Assembly: GCF_009914755.1 (NCBI RefSeq)
Contig: NC_060930.1
From: the human T2T-CHM13v2.0 reference genome, Homo sapiens
Length of the DNA stretch: 64,000 nucleotides
Direction: 5' to 3' (one strand)
The notes beneath the pieces were generated by a model. It did not search any database and had not been told where the DNA came from. It saw only the letters and a list, made by a program, of their open reading frames with translations. Below, in pieces: positions 1-13,260 of this stretch (the stretch's first letter is position 1; every line of letters begins with the position of its first letter). The position numbers were made by a program, and so were the translations under genes.

Positions 1-406
1 GAAGGCAAACTTCCAAAGAATACATTTTCAATGTCCCAGGCTGATGAATAAAGGGAGCATTTTACATCATTTTGGCTATTCTTTCCTTAGGGCAATAGTA
101 TATAGTGGTGCTTGCCTGAGAAACATGACACAATTTTTATTTTATTGCATGCATATCAAGCATGAAATTTTCCTTTATTTTTAAAAGTGTCTGAAGCATG
201 GTTCAGGAATTTTTTTTTTAATTCTCGTGTTCTCAAACTGTTTAATCAATTGAAATTAAAAAAAATCTGAACTTCAACCAAGATTTTATCTCATTTTTAC
301 TTATTTTGCCTATAAAGATTTAGTTGGCTAATGAAGACTAAAATTTGTTTAAGCCCTGTATTCCTGAACTCTTTCTATCTTTATATTTCAATATGTGTGT
401 GTTCTT

Positions 407-430
407 GGGGCAGGGGCTGGGGTTGTGGGG
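407..430 (+). other. G-quadruplex-forming motif (four G4 runs)
   Basis: GGGG-CA-GGGG-CT-GGGG-TTGT-GGGG read directly. Confidence 0.7.
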
Positions 431-2123
431 AGTAGGAAGAGGAAGTGGGGAAAAGTACTTAAAAATACCTCTTATTCTTTTAAAGAAACATCTCCATACT
501 CTTTTTGTTTATTCTTATGGTAAGTGGTTTTACAAAGTGCTGGGTAGGATAATTTCCCTGAAAATTTCCCTGGATTTTAATGACCTGAAGAATTATTCCA
601 AATTTCTTCCAGAACACTAACTGGAAGAGCATGTGGTCTAGCCTGGAGTTTCCCCACTGTTTTTCTGGATGGGTCACACCTCTAGCCTCAGAAGGCCACC
701 CTGGAGAAAAAATGCTTTCCTCCTCCCTGCCTTCCCTACCTGCTAAGCTAAGTTTGAGGTACTTACTGTGCTTGGCGTCCACTCACTTCCCACCTCTGAT
801 CTCCTGATGTGTTTGCTGCTGCGTTCATTTCCTTGGGGGCAGGCGCTGCACAGCTCTCCCACAGGTCTTGACACCTCCTCCCAGTCCTGCCCACTCCTAA
901 CTCTTCCACTCTCCTTAGAATTTGTCTTCTCTTTGTTTCAGATGCTGTTTAAATTTTGAAGAATAATTCTATGTGAATCCTGTATGTTCCTTTTAGACAT
1001 ATTTGCCTTTTATAAAAGCATACTTCAGATGCATTTTTATAATGGAAAAGAAGGAATGGTGGTTATTTCTGGTTCCATAAAGGTCTGAGCTTTTAAAAAG
1101 TACCTCAAATCACTCCCTATAGACCACAGTGACTGTACAACCTGTTTGCATCCTCTCCCCAGCAGCAATTCTCTGTCTTTCACCTCCAACATTGTTGCAA
1201 TTACCTCCTTTCTTTATTCTCTTGTTAGAAATCTGTGAAATGAGATTGGCGGGGGATGAGGGGCTATGAAAAGTTGGAGAAGAGTGTAGTTAGTAGAAGC
1301 TGACTAAGGAATATTAACATCTCTGTGACATTCCCTTACTCTAGTGATCACTCAAGGATCAGTTTTCCTATTTGTCACATGGGCCTAGATAAACAGATGG
1401 GTACACCATTTTGTTCTTTCATGTTTCAGTAGTTTAGGAAATTTCCACAAAGGGGATTTTTTTTAAAGTAGGTAAGAAATTATGGGTTTAAGCTACTAAT
1501 TAATTCAGAAAATGTAGGCATTCAACAAGATCCATTAACTCCACAAATATGTATTGAGAACTGGCTACGTGTCATTCACAGTTGGTAGGTACATAATTAG
1601 GTAGCTGTCACATAGGATTAAATCTACCTAGGAGTTGCTTCTCAGCCTCCCACTTTTGGAAGTTACTTCTCATTGCTAGAAGCTTGGTGGCATTCTTAAA
1701 TTATTCATTGTTAGCTTCTTATCATTTGGTTGTCCTTCAGGAATATATTGCATTTATATAGAATTGTATACTTCTTCAAACGTGCTGTATTTTGAATTCA
1801 GGGGAGAAAATTTTCCCCAGATTTCAGTAAATCTGTGCACTTTGGTGTGGTGTTAATACCGCACATCTTTGCTTTCACTTACACATTCTCTACTTGCTCA
1901 GCAAGACTCTGGGTAATGGTTTTGCTCTACATATCCTGTATTAAAATGAAAATAAATTTAGTGCATCAATCAAAATTTGGCCACCTACCTGTGACCTGCT
2001 GTGATAACTAATGGGCTTTAGGTAATTGACTTTCCGTGTACTGACAGTTGTGACTTAGTGCTGAGATTTTCCAGATGACTCTGATCTACTTCATGGATGG
2101 CAAGTTGGATCCCTCTACCTTCC

Positions 2124-2365
<242 letters not shown>

Positions 2366-3109
2366 GAAGTAGAATAAACAATTGTTATTTTTATTTTTTA
2401 AATCCCAGAGATTGAAAAGGAAAGCAGTCAGACTCCTGAGTTGATTTTTGAAACTGGAATGAGAGAAGAAGTGGTTGTGGGTCTGGAAGAGCTGGGCACC
2501 TGCACCAGACTGGGTGTGGAGCCTGGTAGGTAGTTGGGACTTCAGAGGGGCCTGGCTGAGCATGAGCCTGGCAGGTCTCAGCAGCCTGGGTGGAGTATGC
2601 TGCCAAGGGAGTAGTGCTGCTGGCAGTTTTTCCCTCTTTCCAGAGACCATGCCCACCGGTGACACTCTTTGCATGCTTTGAGTTGAAAGTTAGGTGACTC
2701 TTCTCTTTAATTTATTTAAGTCTCCTAGGGTTCTCAGGAGATGATGCAGAGGAAGGAGACGTGGAGGACCAAGCCAGTATGAGATTCTTGAGTTGGTTTC
2801 AGTTATATTTGATGATATAAGAGGATCATTTTTGCATCCTGAGGGTGGTGAGAATTTCCATTTTATAGATTAGGATTAAGGCACTATGAGATTATGATTT
2901 GCTGTGTCGTGTCTAGTCACAATGCTGAGATTTCAATAGCTGGAACCAAATAGCTTAGGCAGTCTCATTTCTTATTTCTCATTTCTTATTCCATTATTTT
3001 CCATTAAAAAATTATTTTCCCCATTTTTTATTCTTAGCTCGTTATTGTGTTAGGAGTCTTTCTTGTTGCATGTGACAGAAACCCGACCTGAACAAGCTTG
3101 AGCAAGAAA

Positions 3110-3159
3110 ATTTGCTACAAGGAATGTGCTGTATGGATTTGCTACAAGGAATGTGCTGT
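3110..3159. repeat. Local tandem duplication, period 27
   Basis: ATTTGCTACAAGGAATGTGCTGT at 3110-3132 and 3137-3159. Confidence 0.9.
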
Positions 3160-3244
3160 CACATACCCTGAGGACAGGAATATGGCTAAGCCTTAAGAAT
3201 ATCATCCCAATAAGCTGTGGCCAGGCTGAACTTGTGCTATACAA

Positions 3245-3772
3245 CAGCAGGCCCCAACCTTTTCGGCACCAGGGGCCAGTTTTGTGGAAGGTAATTTTTC
3301 CACAGACAAGAGTCGGGGGAATGGTTTTGGGATGATTCAAGTGCTTTACATTTATTGCACACTTTATTTTTATTATTATTACATTGTAATATATAATGAA
3401 ATAATTATACAACCCACCATAATGTAGAATCAGTGGGAGATCTCAGCTTGTTTTTCTGCAACTAGACAGGTCTCCTGTGGGGGTGATGTGAGACAGTGAC
3501 AGATCATCAGGCATTTGATTCTCATAAGGAGCATGCAACCTAGATGCCTTCTATGCACGGTTCACAGTGGGGTTCACGCTTCCATGAGAACCTAATGCCA
3601 CTGCTGATCTGACAGGAGGTAGAGGTTACTCACATTACTCAGGGGTAATGTGAGCAGTGGGGAGCAGTTATAAATACAGATGAAGCACACTGCTCACTTC
3701 CTGCTGTGCGGACTGGTTCCTAACAGGCCAAGGACAGGTACTGGTCTGTGGCCCAGGGGTAGAGAACCCTTG
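3245..3772 (+). mobile_element. MER1A (hAT-Charlie) DNA transposon, full length
   Basis: Degenerate CAGGGGTCCCCAACC-type termini, MER1A internal sequence, ~528 bp, degenerate 8-bp TSD ctatacaa/ttattcaa. Confidence 0.9.
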
Positions 3773-4004
3773 TTATTCAACATGGAGACTCCTACAAAGC
3801 TGATGAAGTCTGGACTGGGAGGGAGATAGTCGAGGGGGCAGTTCCCAGAAAAGACGTGCTCTTAGGCAGACAAGAAATTGTTTACTACAATTAATAATAA
3901 CTTTGAAATTAATTATATATATTCCACTTGCAAAATGATTCAATGAAGCTAATAGTAATACTATTCTATATTTTATAAGACTATATATGTTACTTCATAT
4001 TAAT

Positions 4005-4146
4005 CAGAATCACAACTACCCAATGCAGTAAAGCATCAGGTGTATCTGTTCCCATTTTTATAGATGATGAAACCAATGTGCAGAGAGGTTATGCAGTTTG
4101 CCCAAGGACACACAGCTGGTAAGTTGTAGAGATGGAATTCAAGCCT
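4005..4146 (-). mobile_element. MIR SINE
   Basis: Core cccatttttatagatgatgaaac...ttgcccaaggacacacagct. Confidence 0.8.
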
Positions 4147-5370
4147 TTCCTCCACATCCTCTTATAGGCTTCAGTTCTTAAAATAAATCAACTCAGTTGT
4201 TCAGGTCTTTTTCACTTATTTGAAGGAAACAACATTCTGGATTAATTTTAAGTGAAAATACCCTGGAGGCACACTGAATTTTCAGACGTGGACAGCTGAT
4301 CATCTGAGGAAGCTGCCGCATTTCCAGTTCTCTTTTGGTTGAGAGAAAGGCCATTCTTCATGCTCTTCTGTTCTTTTGATTTCCTATTGGCATCTCCGTT
4401 TCCCTCCATACCTTTCAACATTCAAGCCAGATGCCAATTGTCTGTGTGAAAACACACTGCATCTCAAATATACCAAGATGCCTTAATATTTGACCATATG
4501 TGAATATTCCAGTAAACTCCTGGGACTTATGTTCCAGTGTCAGTGCTGAACAACAGGAAGACTGTAAATACCATCAGCTAACCAGAAGACTCACATATGC
4601 CTCATGTTTATAAATGCCGATAGATGTAGTGCGTTCTAAATTTGAATTTTTGGTGCAAGAGAGGGGATGGGTGCTCTCTCCATGGAGGCAGTGCAGCTTG
4701 CAAACATACAAATGAATGGGACCTCCTCAGGTTGCTGCTGATCATGGCAATCAGTTATTGTGGAGAGACTTGCAAACAAGGAACATCTCTTGAGATGAAC
4801 TCTGAAAGAAAAGAAGAAAAGAATGTGTCCATGGTAGCCAACCCTATATTAAATAAAGTTTGAACTAACTATATTAACTGGGCCAGAAAAATTCGCCTGA
4901 AGCTGGACAGGGTGGGATTAAATTCCAAGACCTTAAGCAAAACACTTCAAAGGACATAGGATGAATTTTGAGCAATATCTTTATCTTTGCCACCCACCGC
5001 AGTCCCCAGCCTCCTGCGATGCTGGCCTCGTCGTTGAAAAAACACAAAAGCAAACCACTTCAGGAGGATTTACTAGATGCCAAGCTTTGTTTTGGACCTG
5101 GTGAGAGTTAAGAAGATGAAATAAACAAGCCCTTTGTTCTCAAGTTGCCCAGTGATTTAGTATGAGAATCTTTATTGTCGTAAAAGTGCCTAACAATGCT
5201 AGGCAGGAAGGCAGGAAGCAGGAACTGAGGGCAATGTGTCCTTGGAATGGCCCAGAGAAGAGGCTGAGACTCTTACCTTGACTCTGAGCTGACTTAAAGG
5301 GTCTGGTATAATGGCAGTTCTTTTACTGAACTGCACTCTCTTCTAGTAAGTATAAAAAAGTTCTACTGGC

Positions 5371-5532
5371 AATAATAATAGCAAACATGTATCAGGTTCT
5401 TACTGTGCTAAGCACTTTAATTCTGTTATTGGACTTTCAAAACAACTTACTGAGGATGATACCATTACTTTTCCTGTATTACAGCAGAGGGAACTGAGGT
5501 TTAGAGAGAGAAAATAATTTGCCAAAGTCATA
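5371..5532 (-). mobile_element. MIR SINE
   Basis: actgtgctaagcacttt...gaactgaggtttagagag...ttgccaaagtca. Confidence 0.75.
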
Positions 5533-5970
5533 TAATTGTTGTCTTATATAATTGTTCATCCCATAGAGAATGGCATTTTCATTTCTACAGAGATCAGAGT
5601 GTGTTGTTTTCTATTTCCTGTCTCAAATGTGTTACTCCTCATCTCTGCCAAAGCAGGCTCTATTTATCCTGCAAGAACTGTGGAACCTCCTCGACTTCCA
5701 TCGTAAACTCTTCCTGGGACCCAGTGACTTCTCTTCCCACAGCATACTTGGAGAATTTATGCCTGCCTCATGTATTTGGCAATTGATCATAAATGGTCCT
5801 ACGCTAATTCTCATTTGTCATATGATATTGTTTAATTTTGTTTAATCTTTCCATCCAGATTGTAAACTCCTTCTTGTTTCTGGCTGTGTCTAAAGGATTA
5901 AAAGTGAGTCTTTTATACTATTCACCACAATGCACAATTGAGTTGTCTTTGTATTTATTTGAGTTAAAGT

Positions 5971-6576
5971 TGTATAGGTTATATATTGCTGCTTAACAAA
6001 TTTCCACAGACATAGTGGCTTAAAACAACACACATATATTTCTGTAATTACAATTCTGTAGGTCAGGTGTTGGGCATGTCTTAACTGGTCCTCTTCAAAG
6101 TTGCAATCAACGTGTTAGTTGAGGCTCAGTTCTCATCTGGAGGCTCAAGTGGAGATGGTTCTGCTTCCAAACTCACTTAGGTTGTTGGCAAAAGTCATTT
6201 CCTTGTGGTTGTAAGACTGAGGGCTCCAGCTTCTTGCTAGCTATCAGATTAAGCCTTTCTCAGCAATTATTGGCTGCCCCTTCCACCCCAGGTCCATGCT
6301 ACAAGGTTGTCTCTCATATGCCTTTTTACAAAATGGCAATTTTCTTCTTCAAGACAGCTACTGAGAGAGAGTCTTTGGAGCAAATTTGCTGGTAAGATGG
6401 AGTCTTACATAACATAATGTCATAATGAGAGTGACTTCCTATCTCCTTTGCTATATTCTGTTGATTGGAAGCAAGTCACAAGTCTTACCTAATCTGAAGG
6501 AGATGGGGTTATACAAGGGCATGAACAACAAGAATCTGGGGTCATGGGGGGACCACCTTGGAGCCTATCCACCACA
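5971..6576 (-). mobile_element. MLT1E/F-like MaLR solo LTR
   Basis: TG...CA termini; agtggcttaaaacaaca, tctgcttccaaactcac and gaagcaagtcaca motifs. Confidence 0.8.
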
Positions 6577-8559
6577 GAAATGAAAGAAGCAAGAAATGTA
6601 CAAAGATTTGAGACAATTATATTTCACTTAGGAAATTAAAAATAGCACTTACAAATTTAGAAAACTGATTCTGATCTCCTTGTTTCAACTACTAAATAAT
6701 CACCATCAAAATTTGAATAATCTTGGCTAAACAGCAGGTTTGGCTTGTGGAGATGGAGCCCAGGAGATAAAGCATCAACTAGGAGGTGTGTATTGAGGGA
6801 GATAACTTGCTATGAATAGTCGCCGTTCAAAGTGATGTAGTCAACTCAAGCTTTACTCTTGCCGGAGCTGAGATACAAGGCCAACTAGTCAGGAGTGGGT
6901 GGCAAGAAACTGGGTGTACTAGGACTGGGGTTCAGTAAGCCTTTCAGAGAGAGAAACTGGAAAGTCCAGGTAGTTGGTCAAGAACCCAACCTGGAGGAAC
7001 AGGAATATAGCCTCTTGAAGGATTCAGTCACTATCAGGAAGCTGAGGTTGAGCCACAGCTGTGAAGAATGGATGGACCAACATACAGGTGGGCCCAGTTA
7101 ATGTAGGATTGTGGCTCAGTGGGCCTGTCCCCATTTATAGGACTATCATTTGGCTGCACCTGTGGACAGAGGGGAAGCTCTTAATGTTCTCCTTGTAGAA
7201 GACCTCACTGAAGGAAGGGTCTAAGAATTATTGCATGACATTTAGGTTCTAATTCCATATAGGTCAAATTTGCAGGAAGCAGTACATATTTACATTTTGT
7301 TTTTTCCTAAATATGAGACACATTTACTTATTTATAAGATTTCATTTTTATGCCTTCCTTTCTCTTCTTCTCCCATTGTTTAAAGACCTTAATCTTCATG
7401 AAAACCCTTAGATTTCTATCGAGTTCTTCTTTTTTCATTGAAACCTAATGATAAAGATATTATCCTATTGATGGGACAAATTGGATCAGATATGCTTTTC
7501 TGCATATTGCTTATTTGTCATACACCTTCCTATGCCTTTTTAAATAATACATGTTTTATGGGGCCTTTCTCCTGTGACTCATTTTTGGAGCTGATCCGAT
7601 AAGGAGTTATTCTCCAGACGTGGCACCACTGACCCTCATTTCAAACTACATTTTTAATTTATTTTAAAAAAGATATTTCATTCACAGAATCCCCACTGAG
7701 CTTTTTATTGTGAAAAATTAGGACCCGTAAATCATCCCCCTCAGAACATTATAAATTTTATACAATTGAAACATTCCATGGACTGAGCTTGGCACTTTGA
7801 TGAAATCACTCCTTTGCTTCTCTTAATTTATGAGCTTTCTTCATTCTCCTCCCTCCTGCTCCATCATCACCTTGCCCTCCCAGCAAGAGACGGGGTGGTA
7901 TCATGCCTTTAAATTGCTCACTGGGGTTTATTGAGTGTAATTTGTGAGTGAATTTATATGAACCTACAATATTGCAATTTATCCAAAATTATGAACAATA
8001 AAACTTTTCATTTTTCTGGCAGTCAGAAGGGACGTGGGTTGATCACGCAGGAGGTAGCTCAACATGGTGCACTGGGGAAGAACCAAGTACCTGGAAGCCA
8101 GATGATGCGGGGTAGAGGCACAGCTCCCCCAGTTGTTCGGAGACGGAGGCCTCGGTTTCCTCAGAGCATGCATGATCTTTAAGATTGTTTTTTTTTTTTA
8201 GCTCTCATGCATTTTGATTCTATGGATTGAGATGGTTTTTGCCTTGTTGCTTCTTTTTAAAGGGTAATTATGAAAACCAACATGATGTATCTTAAAAGTT
8301 TGATTTTCAATATGGAGAGTTAGCTTTCATTTTTTAGGGGAAAGAAGGTATGAGAGTAAGGGGAAAGCACAACCATGTAAAAGAGCAAAGTACTCCTGAT
8401 TCTTGTCTGTGAGGTTTGCACTGGATTATAAGGTCCTTGAAACCAGGGGCTGTGTATTTAACTTTGAGGCCCTGGCTCCCAGTACAGAGAAACTGATACC
8501 TGGGTTTCTGATAAAAGTGTTGAATTAATATGGAAAAATCCAAAGTCGGGTTACTCCCA

Positions 8560-8621
8560 CAAATCCAAATGCCTGGAATAGTGCCAGACCCACGGAAGGT
8601 GCTCAATACATAATTGTTTGA
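8560..8621 (+). mobile_element. L2 3' end fragment
   Basis: tgcctggaatagtgccagac...gtgctcaatacataattgtttga. Confidence 0.55.
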
Positions 8622-8742
8622 TATCCAACAGATGGGCTACTGGCCATAATTGGGATCTTGGTGTTTCCGTTTCCACTCCTGGTCCATGTGACATCCTTAT
8701 TTTTTATATCTTAATGTTTTTTTGACTAGGATTCCAGTTGGA

Positions 8743-9037
<295 letters not shown>

Positions 9038-9149
9038 TCCAGATGGATCTTTTAAGAAATTGCTAGCTTTTTGGCCTCACTACTTCTCGCGCTGTTGGAA
9101 AGGGTTTTGCTGCTGCAGAAATAGGCTAGAATTCGAAGATAGATGTTGT

Positions 9150-9400
9150 ATGGCAAAGTGGCTGAGCTTCAGCTCTGGAGAGAGACTTGGGTTTGAATGC
9201 GGCCTCTATAACATAAGCTCTGTGACCTTTGGTGGAATATTTTCCTCCTGCTAAGCTCTACTTTACTTCTCTGTAGAATGGGGGATAATAATTATACTTA
9301 TTTCTTAGGGTAGAAGTGAGGACTCAAAGCAGCTATCCATATAAAGAGCTTAGCCCAGGGCTGGCATATATTAAGTATTCAATACATGTTACCTATGACT
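9150..9400 (+). mobile_element. MIR SINE, near full length
   Basis: tgggtttgaat...ctctgtgacctt...ctgtagaatgggggataata...attcaatacatgtta. Confidence 0.8.
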
Positions 9401-9483
9401 TGAATTTAATTATTATTAGGAGTATTGGTGTATACATCAGTAATTGCCACAGTTTTTACTTTTGCATTAAAATTCAGATTCTG

Positions 9484-9549
9484 GCCACTGCACTCCAGCA
9501 TGCGTAACAGAGAGTGACCTCTCTCTCTCAAAAAAAAAAAAAAAAAAAA
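9484..9549 (+). mobile_element. Extremely 5'-truncated Alu (about 46 nt plus poly-A)
   Basis: gccactgcactccagc...ctc followed by A20; 15-bp TSD aaaattcagattctg (9469-9483) / aaaaatcagactctg (9545-9559). Confidence 0.9.
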
Positions 9550-10969
9550 TCAGACTCTGTGGGGACACTATGATTATTGTCCTATATACAATTTATTTAG
9601 TTAACAACTTTTTCTTTAGCTTTTCAGGATATATTTTGAGATCCTTGTGTTAAAAGAAAAGAGTATCACTAATATTATTAACAGAACCTCACCATTTTGG
9701 ATAGAGAGCGTTGCTTGGATTTCTAATTACTTCTAAGTGTAGTTTTATTTAATTTCAGTCCTTTAGAAAAAAAATGAGAATATAGTGCTGAAGCATCTGG
9801 TATTTATGTTTTTTCACAAGATGGAAAATTTCCTTCCTGACAGTTGTTGGTTATGACTTTGCCTATGTGCAATTATAATACAGCACACTACTGTTTTAAG
9901 AAGAGTATCATTAGCGTCAGAATGCAAAACAGTCTGAAATACTCGAAAATCAAGCTGAAGCCAATTCCCTTTTCTTTGACCTGCTTGCAGGATACCCTGA
10001 CAAGGTATGAACTGGAGTATGTGTCTTGGAACTATTTACCCCTTAAATATGAAAAATGTAAATAAGCGATGGAGTTTGGGGTGACAGAGGATCTAAAGTG
10101 ATGGCCACCCAGCCCTTGCGAGTAAAATATGGCTCACTTAAAGACATTTCAGTCCTAAATCATGCACAGCAGGCGAGTTTGTGGGCTGAGCGGCTTGCAC
10201 AAAAACATTCCTTTGGGACCATTTAAAAAGGCTGAATAAGCAAGGAATCCTGTGTGACAATGCTCAGAATACCAAAGGAGCGGTTCAGGTATACATATTA
10301 TTGCCCGTGGCTCGAAGCCCAATAACCTTTTCCTTATTGAGATAGATTCCCTGGACAGAAAACAAATCCTTTCCAAGTTAGAGAACTTTATCAGATTTAT
10401 TTCTCATTGTCAGGTCAGCATGCAGGAAACAAATGAAGTCTGTCGCGTGATTCATATTAGAAGGAGAGCAATTTATAGTGCTCACTGGCTTCTCACAAAC
10501 CTTATTAATGTTTGGCATAGGGTGCCAAGGAATCATAAAGAATCATCCTGTTGAGCATTTATATCTGCTTAGTCTCTGATTATATGTCCTCGACACAGCT
10601 TAAATAATGGCAGACAGAGCATCTCGTGAGCAGGAAATGAGAAAGTAACACATGTTTTTGTCTCATATTCAAATATTCTTCCCTATCTTTTTAAAGTCTT
10701 CCCCTGGGAGGCAAAGAACTGTTTTTAGGTTTCATTTTTCCTTAAGCTGTTGCTGCTCTTGCCTGTAATTTCCACTTTGTTTAGATTTGTCACAGCCCTA
10801 AAATGGAATTAAGTTGCTTATTTATGCTCATGTCTTTTGTTATTTTGAATTTGGGGCATTTCTTACTTCAGTCATGGCTATATAGTTGCTCCACTTCACA
10901 TTCCCTTTTGAATTCTAGCCCCTTGTGCCTTTGTGATGTGAACTCATTAAGGATAGTGCCAACTTATTT

Positions 10970-11069
10970 ATGAAGTTCTTAACATATTTGACCTAATAAT
11001 ACTAATAGATGGCATTTGTTCAATGCCACCTATGTGGCACATAAAATATAAATGTATGTGCCAGGCACC
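10970..11069. repeat. Left arm of 100-bp inverted repeat (partner 12312-12411)
   Basis: Manual reverse-complement alignment gives 97/100 identity. Confidence 0.95.
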
Positions 11070-11200
11070 TTACATTTATACTTTATGTAATCATCATAAC
11101 AACCTCATGAGGTAAGTAGTATTATCACACTCATTTTAGAGATCAGTTACCCTGGGATACAGTGCTACTAAACAGAAGAGCTGGAAATTGCACCCCAACA
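10995..11200 (-). mobile_element. MIR SINE (3' end overlaps left IR arm)
   Basis: tatgtgccaggcac...taatcatcataacaacctcatgaggtaagtagtattatcacactcattttagagat. Confidence 0.75.
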
Positions 11201-11520
11201 ATCCACTCTTCACTGAGCTGCACTCCTTCTCTAGAACATTAATTTATAGTTCATTGAATGTGGTGCTCTAGAAAACATGAGCATAACAAAGAGAGAAGAG
11301 AGGAGGAAAATGGGAAGAAATAAGGTTAAATGTAGAAAGATGGACAGCATGACATTCTACCAGCAATTGATCTGAGGGACTATTAGTTGTACAACTGGCT
11401 CTTGAATTTAATTGGCTTCTCAGGTGCCTTGCTAATGGCTAGTGATGTGGATGGGTCATTTGACCCTTCTGATACCTGAAAAGGACACTCTTCTACTATA
11501 TGGAATTAATCGTTTGGTAA

Positions 11521-12170
11521 TTTTTTATTTTGAAATAATTTTAGACTCTCCAAAAAGTTACGAGTACAGGGAACTTCCATATCCCTCCAACTATAATATC
11601 CTAATTGTTAATGTTTTACCACATTTATTTTTATAATTTTCTCTCTATATAGACACTTATTATTTTATGAATCATTTGAGAATAAGTTGCATGCTCAAAT
11701 ACTTTGGTGTGTGTTTTCTAAGAAAAAGTAAATTCTCATATACCCACATTATAATTATTGCAATCAGAAAACTAATACTGATTCAATGCTAACATCTAAA
11801 GTACAAACTTGTATTTCACCAGTTGTCCCAATGAAAAGGTTTTGGGAGGGGATGTTCAGGGACCAATCAAATTACATGTTGCAGTTAGTTGTCTCTTTAG
11901 TCTCTTTTAGTCTGGAACAGTTTCTCTTTGTGATTTTTCATTTTGACATTTTTAGAAAGGGTATATAGGTCAACTGTCTTTCAGACTGTCTCTCAATTTG
12001 AGTTTGCCTGATGCTTCCTCATGATTGCACCGAAGTTACACCCTTTGGGCAGGAATGACACTGAAGTGATGCTATGTTCTCAGTGCATCATACCAGGATG
12101 CACCTCATGCTAATTTGTCCAGCTATTGGTGATGTTAACAGATTGCTCTAATGTAAGGCTACAATTTTTC
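11521..12170 (-). mobile_element. L1MC4/5-like LINE-1 3' UTR fragment
   Basis: ttttattttgaaataattttagact start; gaatcatttgagaataagttgca and ggcaggaat...gaagtgatgct motifs. Confidence 0.75.
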
Positions 12171-12214
12171 AATGTACTAAAGTTAAAATTTGATTTAGAT
12201 TCTAATTTCCTCAG

Positions 12215-12390
12215 AATTGGGTTCAAATCAAGTCCATTGCTTAAGAAGCTTTGGGTATTCTGAAAAAGCTAACTTCCTGATCTGTAAGTATCAGGATCAG
12301 TCATGGAAAGTGGTGCCTGGCACATACATTTATATTTTATGTGCCACATAGGTGGCATTGAACAAATGTCATCTATTAGTATTATTAGGT
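12215..12390 (+). mobile_element. Degenerate MIR (3' end overlaps right IR arm)
   Basis: tgggttcaaatc...; gtgcctggcacata...aaatgtcatctatt resembles the MIR 3' end. Confidence 0.55.
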
Positions 12391-12411
12391 CAAATATGTT
12401 GAGAACCTCAT
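12312..12411. repeat. Right arm of 100-bp inverted repeat (partner 10970-11069)
   Basis: Reverse complement of 10970-11069 with 3 mismatches. Confidence 0.95.
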
Positions 12412-13260
12412 GTAAGTATTGCTTAATGTCTTGGGACATTAAGCAGACACAGGAACTTGGTACTCTAACTCCAGGGAACAAACCAGAAAATGGCAGAATT
12501 ATTGTACAAGACCAGGTCTGGGTTGGCACCAAGCATGACTTGAAGAAGGCACCAAGGATGGGGCTAGAAAGCTAGTTAAACTTTTAGCCTCAAATCTGGC
12601 TGGGTCTGAGAGACTGAGGAAGAGAATCAGAAGATTTCAGCTGGCGGAGAAGCAGGGCACAGTGTGTGGACTGAGCTTGATGGCATGATCAGCTGATGCT
12701 GCTAAAGACCTGAGACTCTTAATCAGCAACTGTGCAATCAGCAATAGCAGTTGTACCCACCTTATCTGCTATGGAGGCATTATTATTGGCTTTTTTGGGG
12801 GGCATTTAATGAAAATTTCTTGCTTTCAAGGTTATTCTTCAACTATACATCACTTGGGCAGTGCTGAGAAACACATAGGATGATTTGGCCTGGGCTCCAT
12901 ATCCTTCCCAGGAATATCTTAAGACTGAGAAATATGGTCTCTTTTCCATACCTCCAAGTTGCTTTTACATGGATGAAGAGAATCAGAATGCTCAGTGAAA
13001 TATGTATTCAAAAAGAAATGTACCAGAATAAAATTACATTAGAAAATAATTGCTTCTAAAAATCATCACCCATTCTTACCCTCTGTTATTCTGTTCTCTT
13101 TCAACTGTCTGTATTTTAATCCCTTTCTTCTTCCCTGATGTTTTCTATTCATTTAATTTAAGCAATGTTTCTGGATACCATAGCAATAGCAATGAGGTGT
13201 TGTATAAACGTACAATGGAGCAGAATGGAAATGCTTCCTATGGTAACAGAAACCATAGAA

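Noticed and set aside
3110-3159. Short direct repeats with spacers (also 30810-30840, 38877-38931, 63519-63580) as CRISPR-like arrays
   Set aside because: Only 2-3 copies, no unique spacers, eukaryotic context; these are ordinary slippage duplications
6730-7110. Possible very old LTR remnants (also about 12430-12760) and old L1-like sequence at about 26350-27950
   Set aside because: Similarity too faint to assign a family by eye
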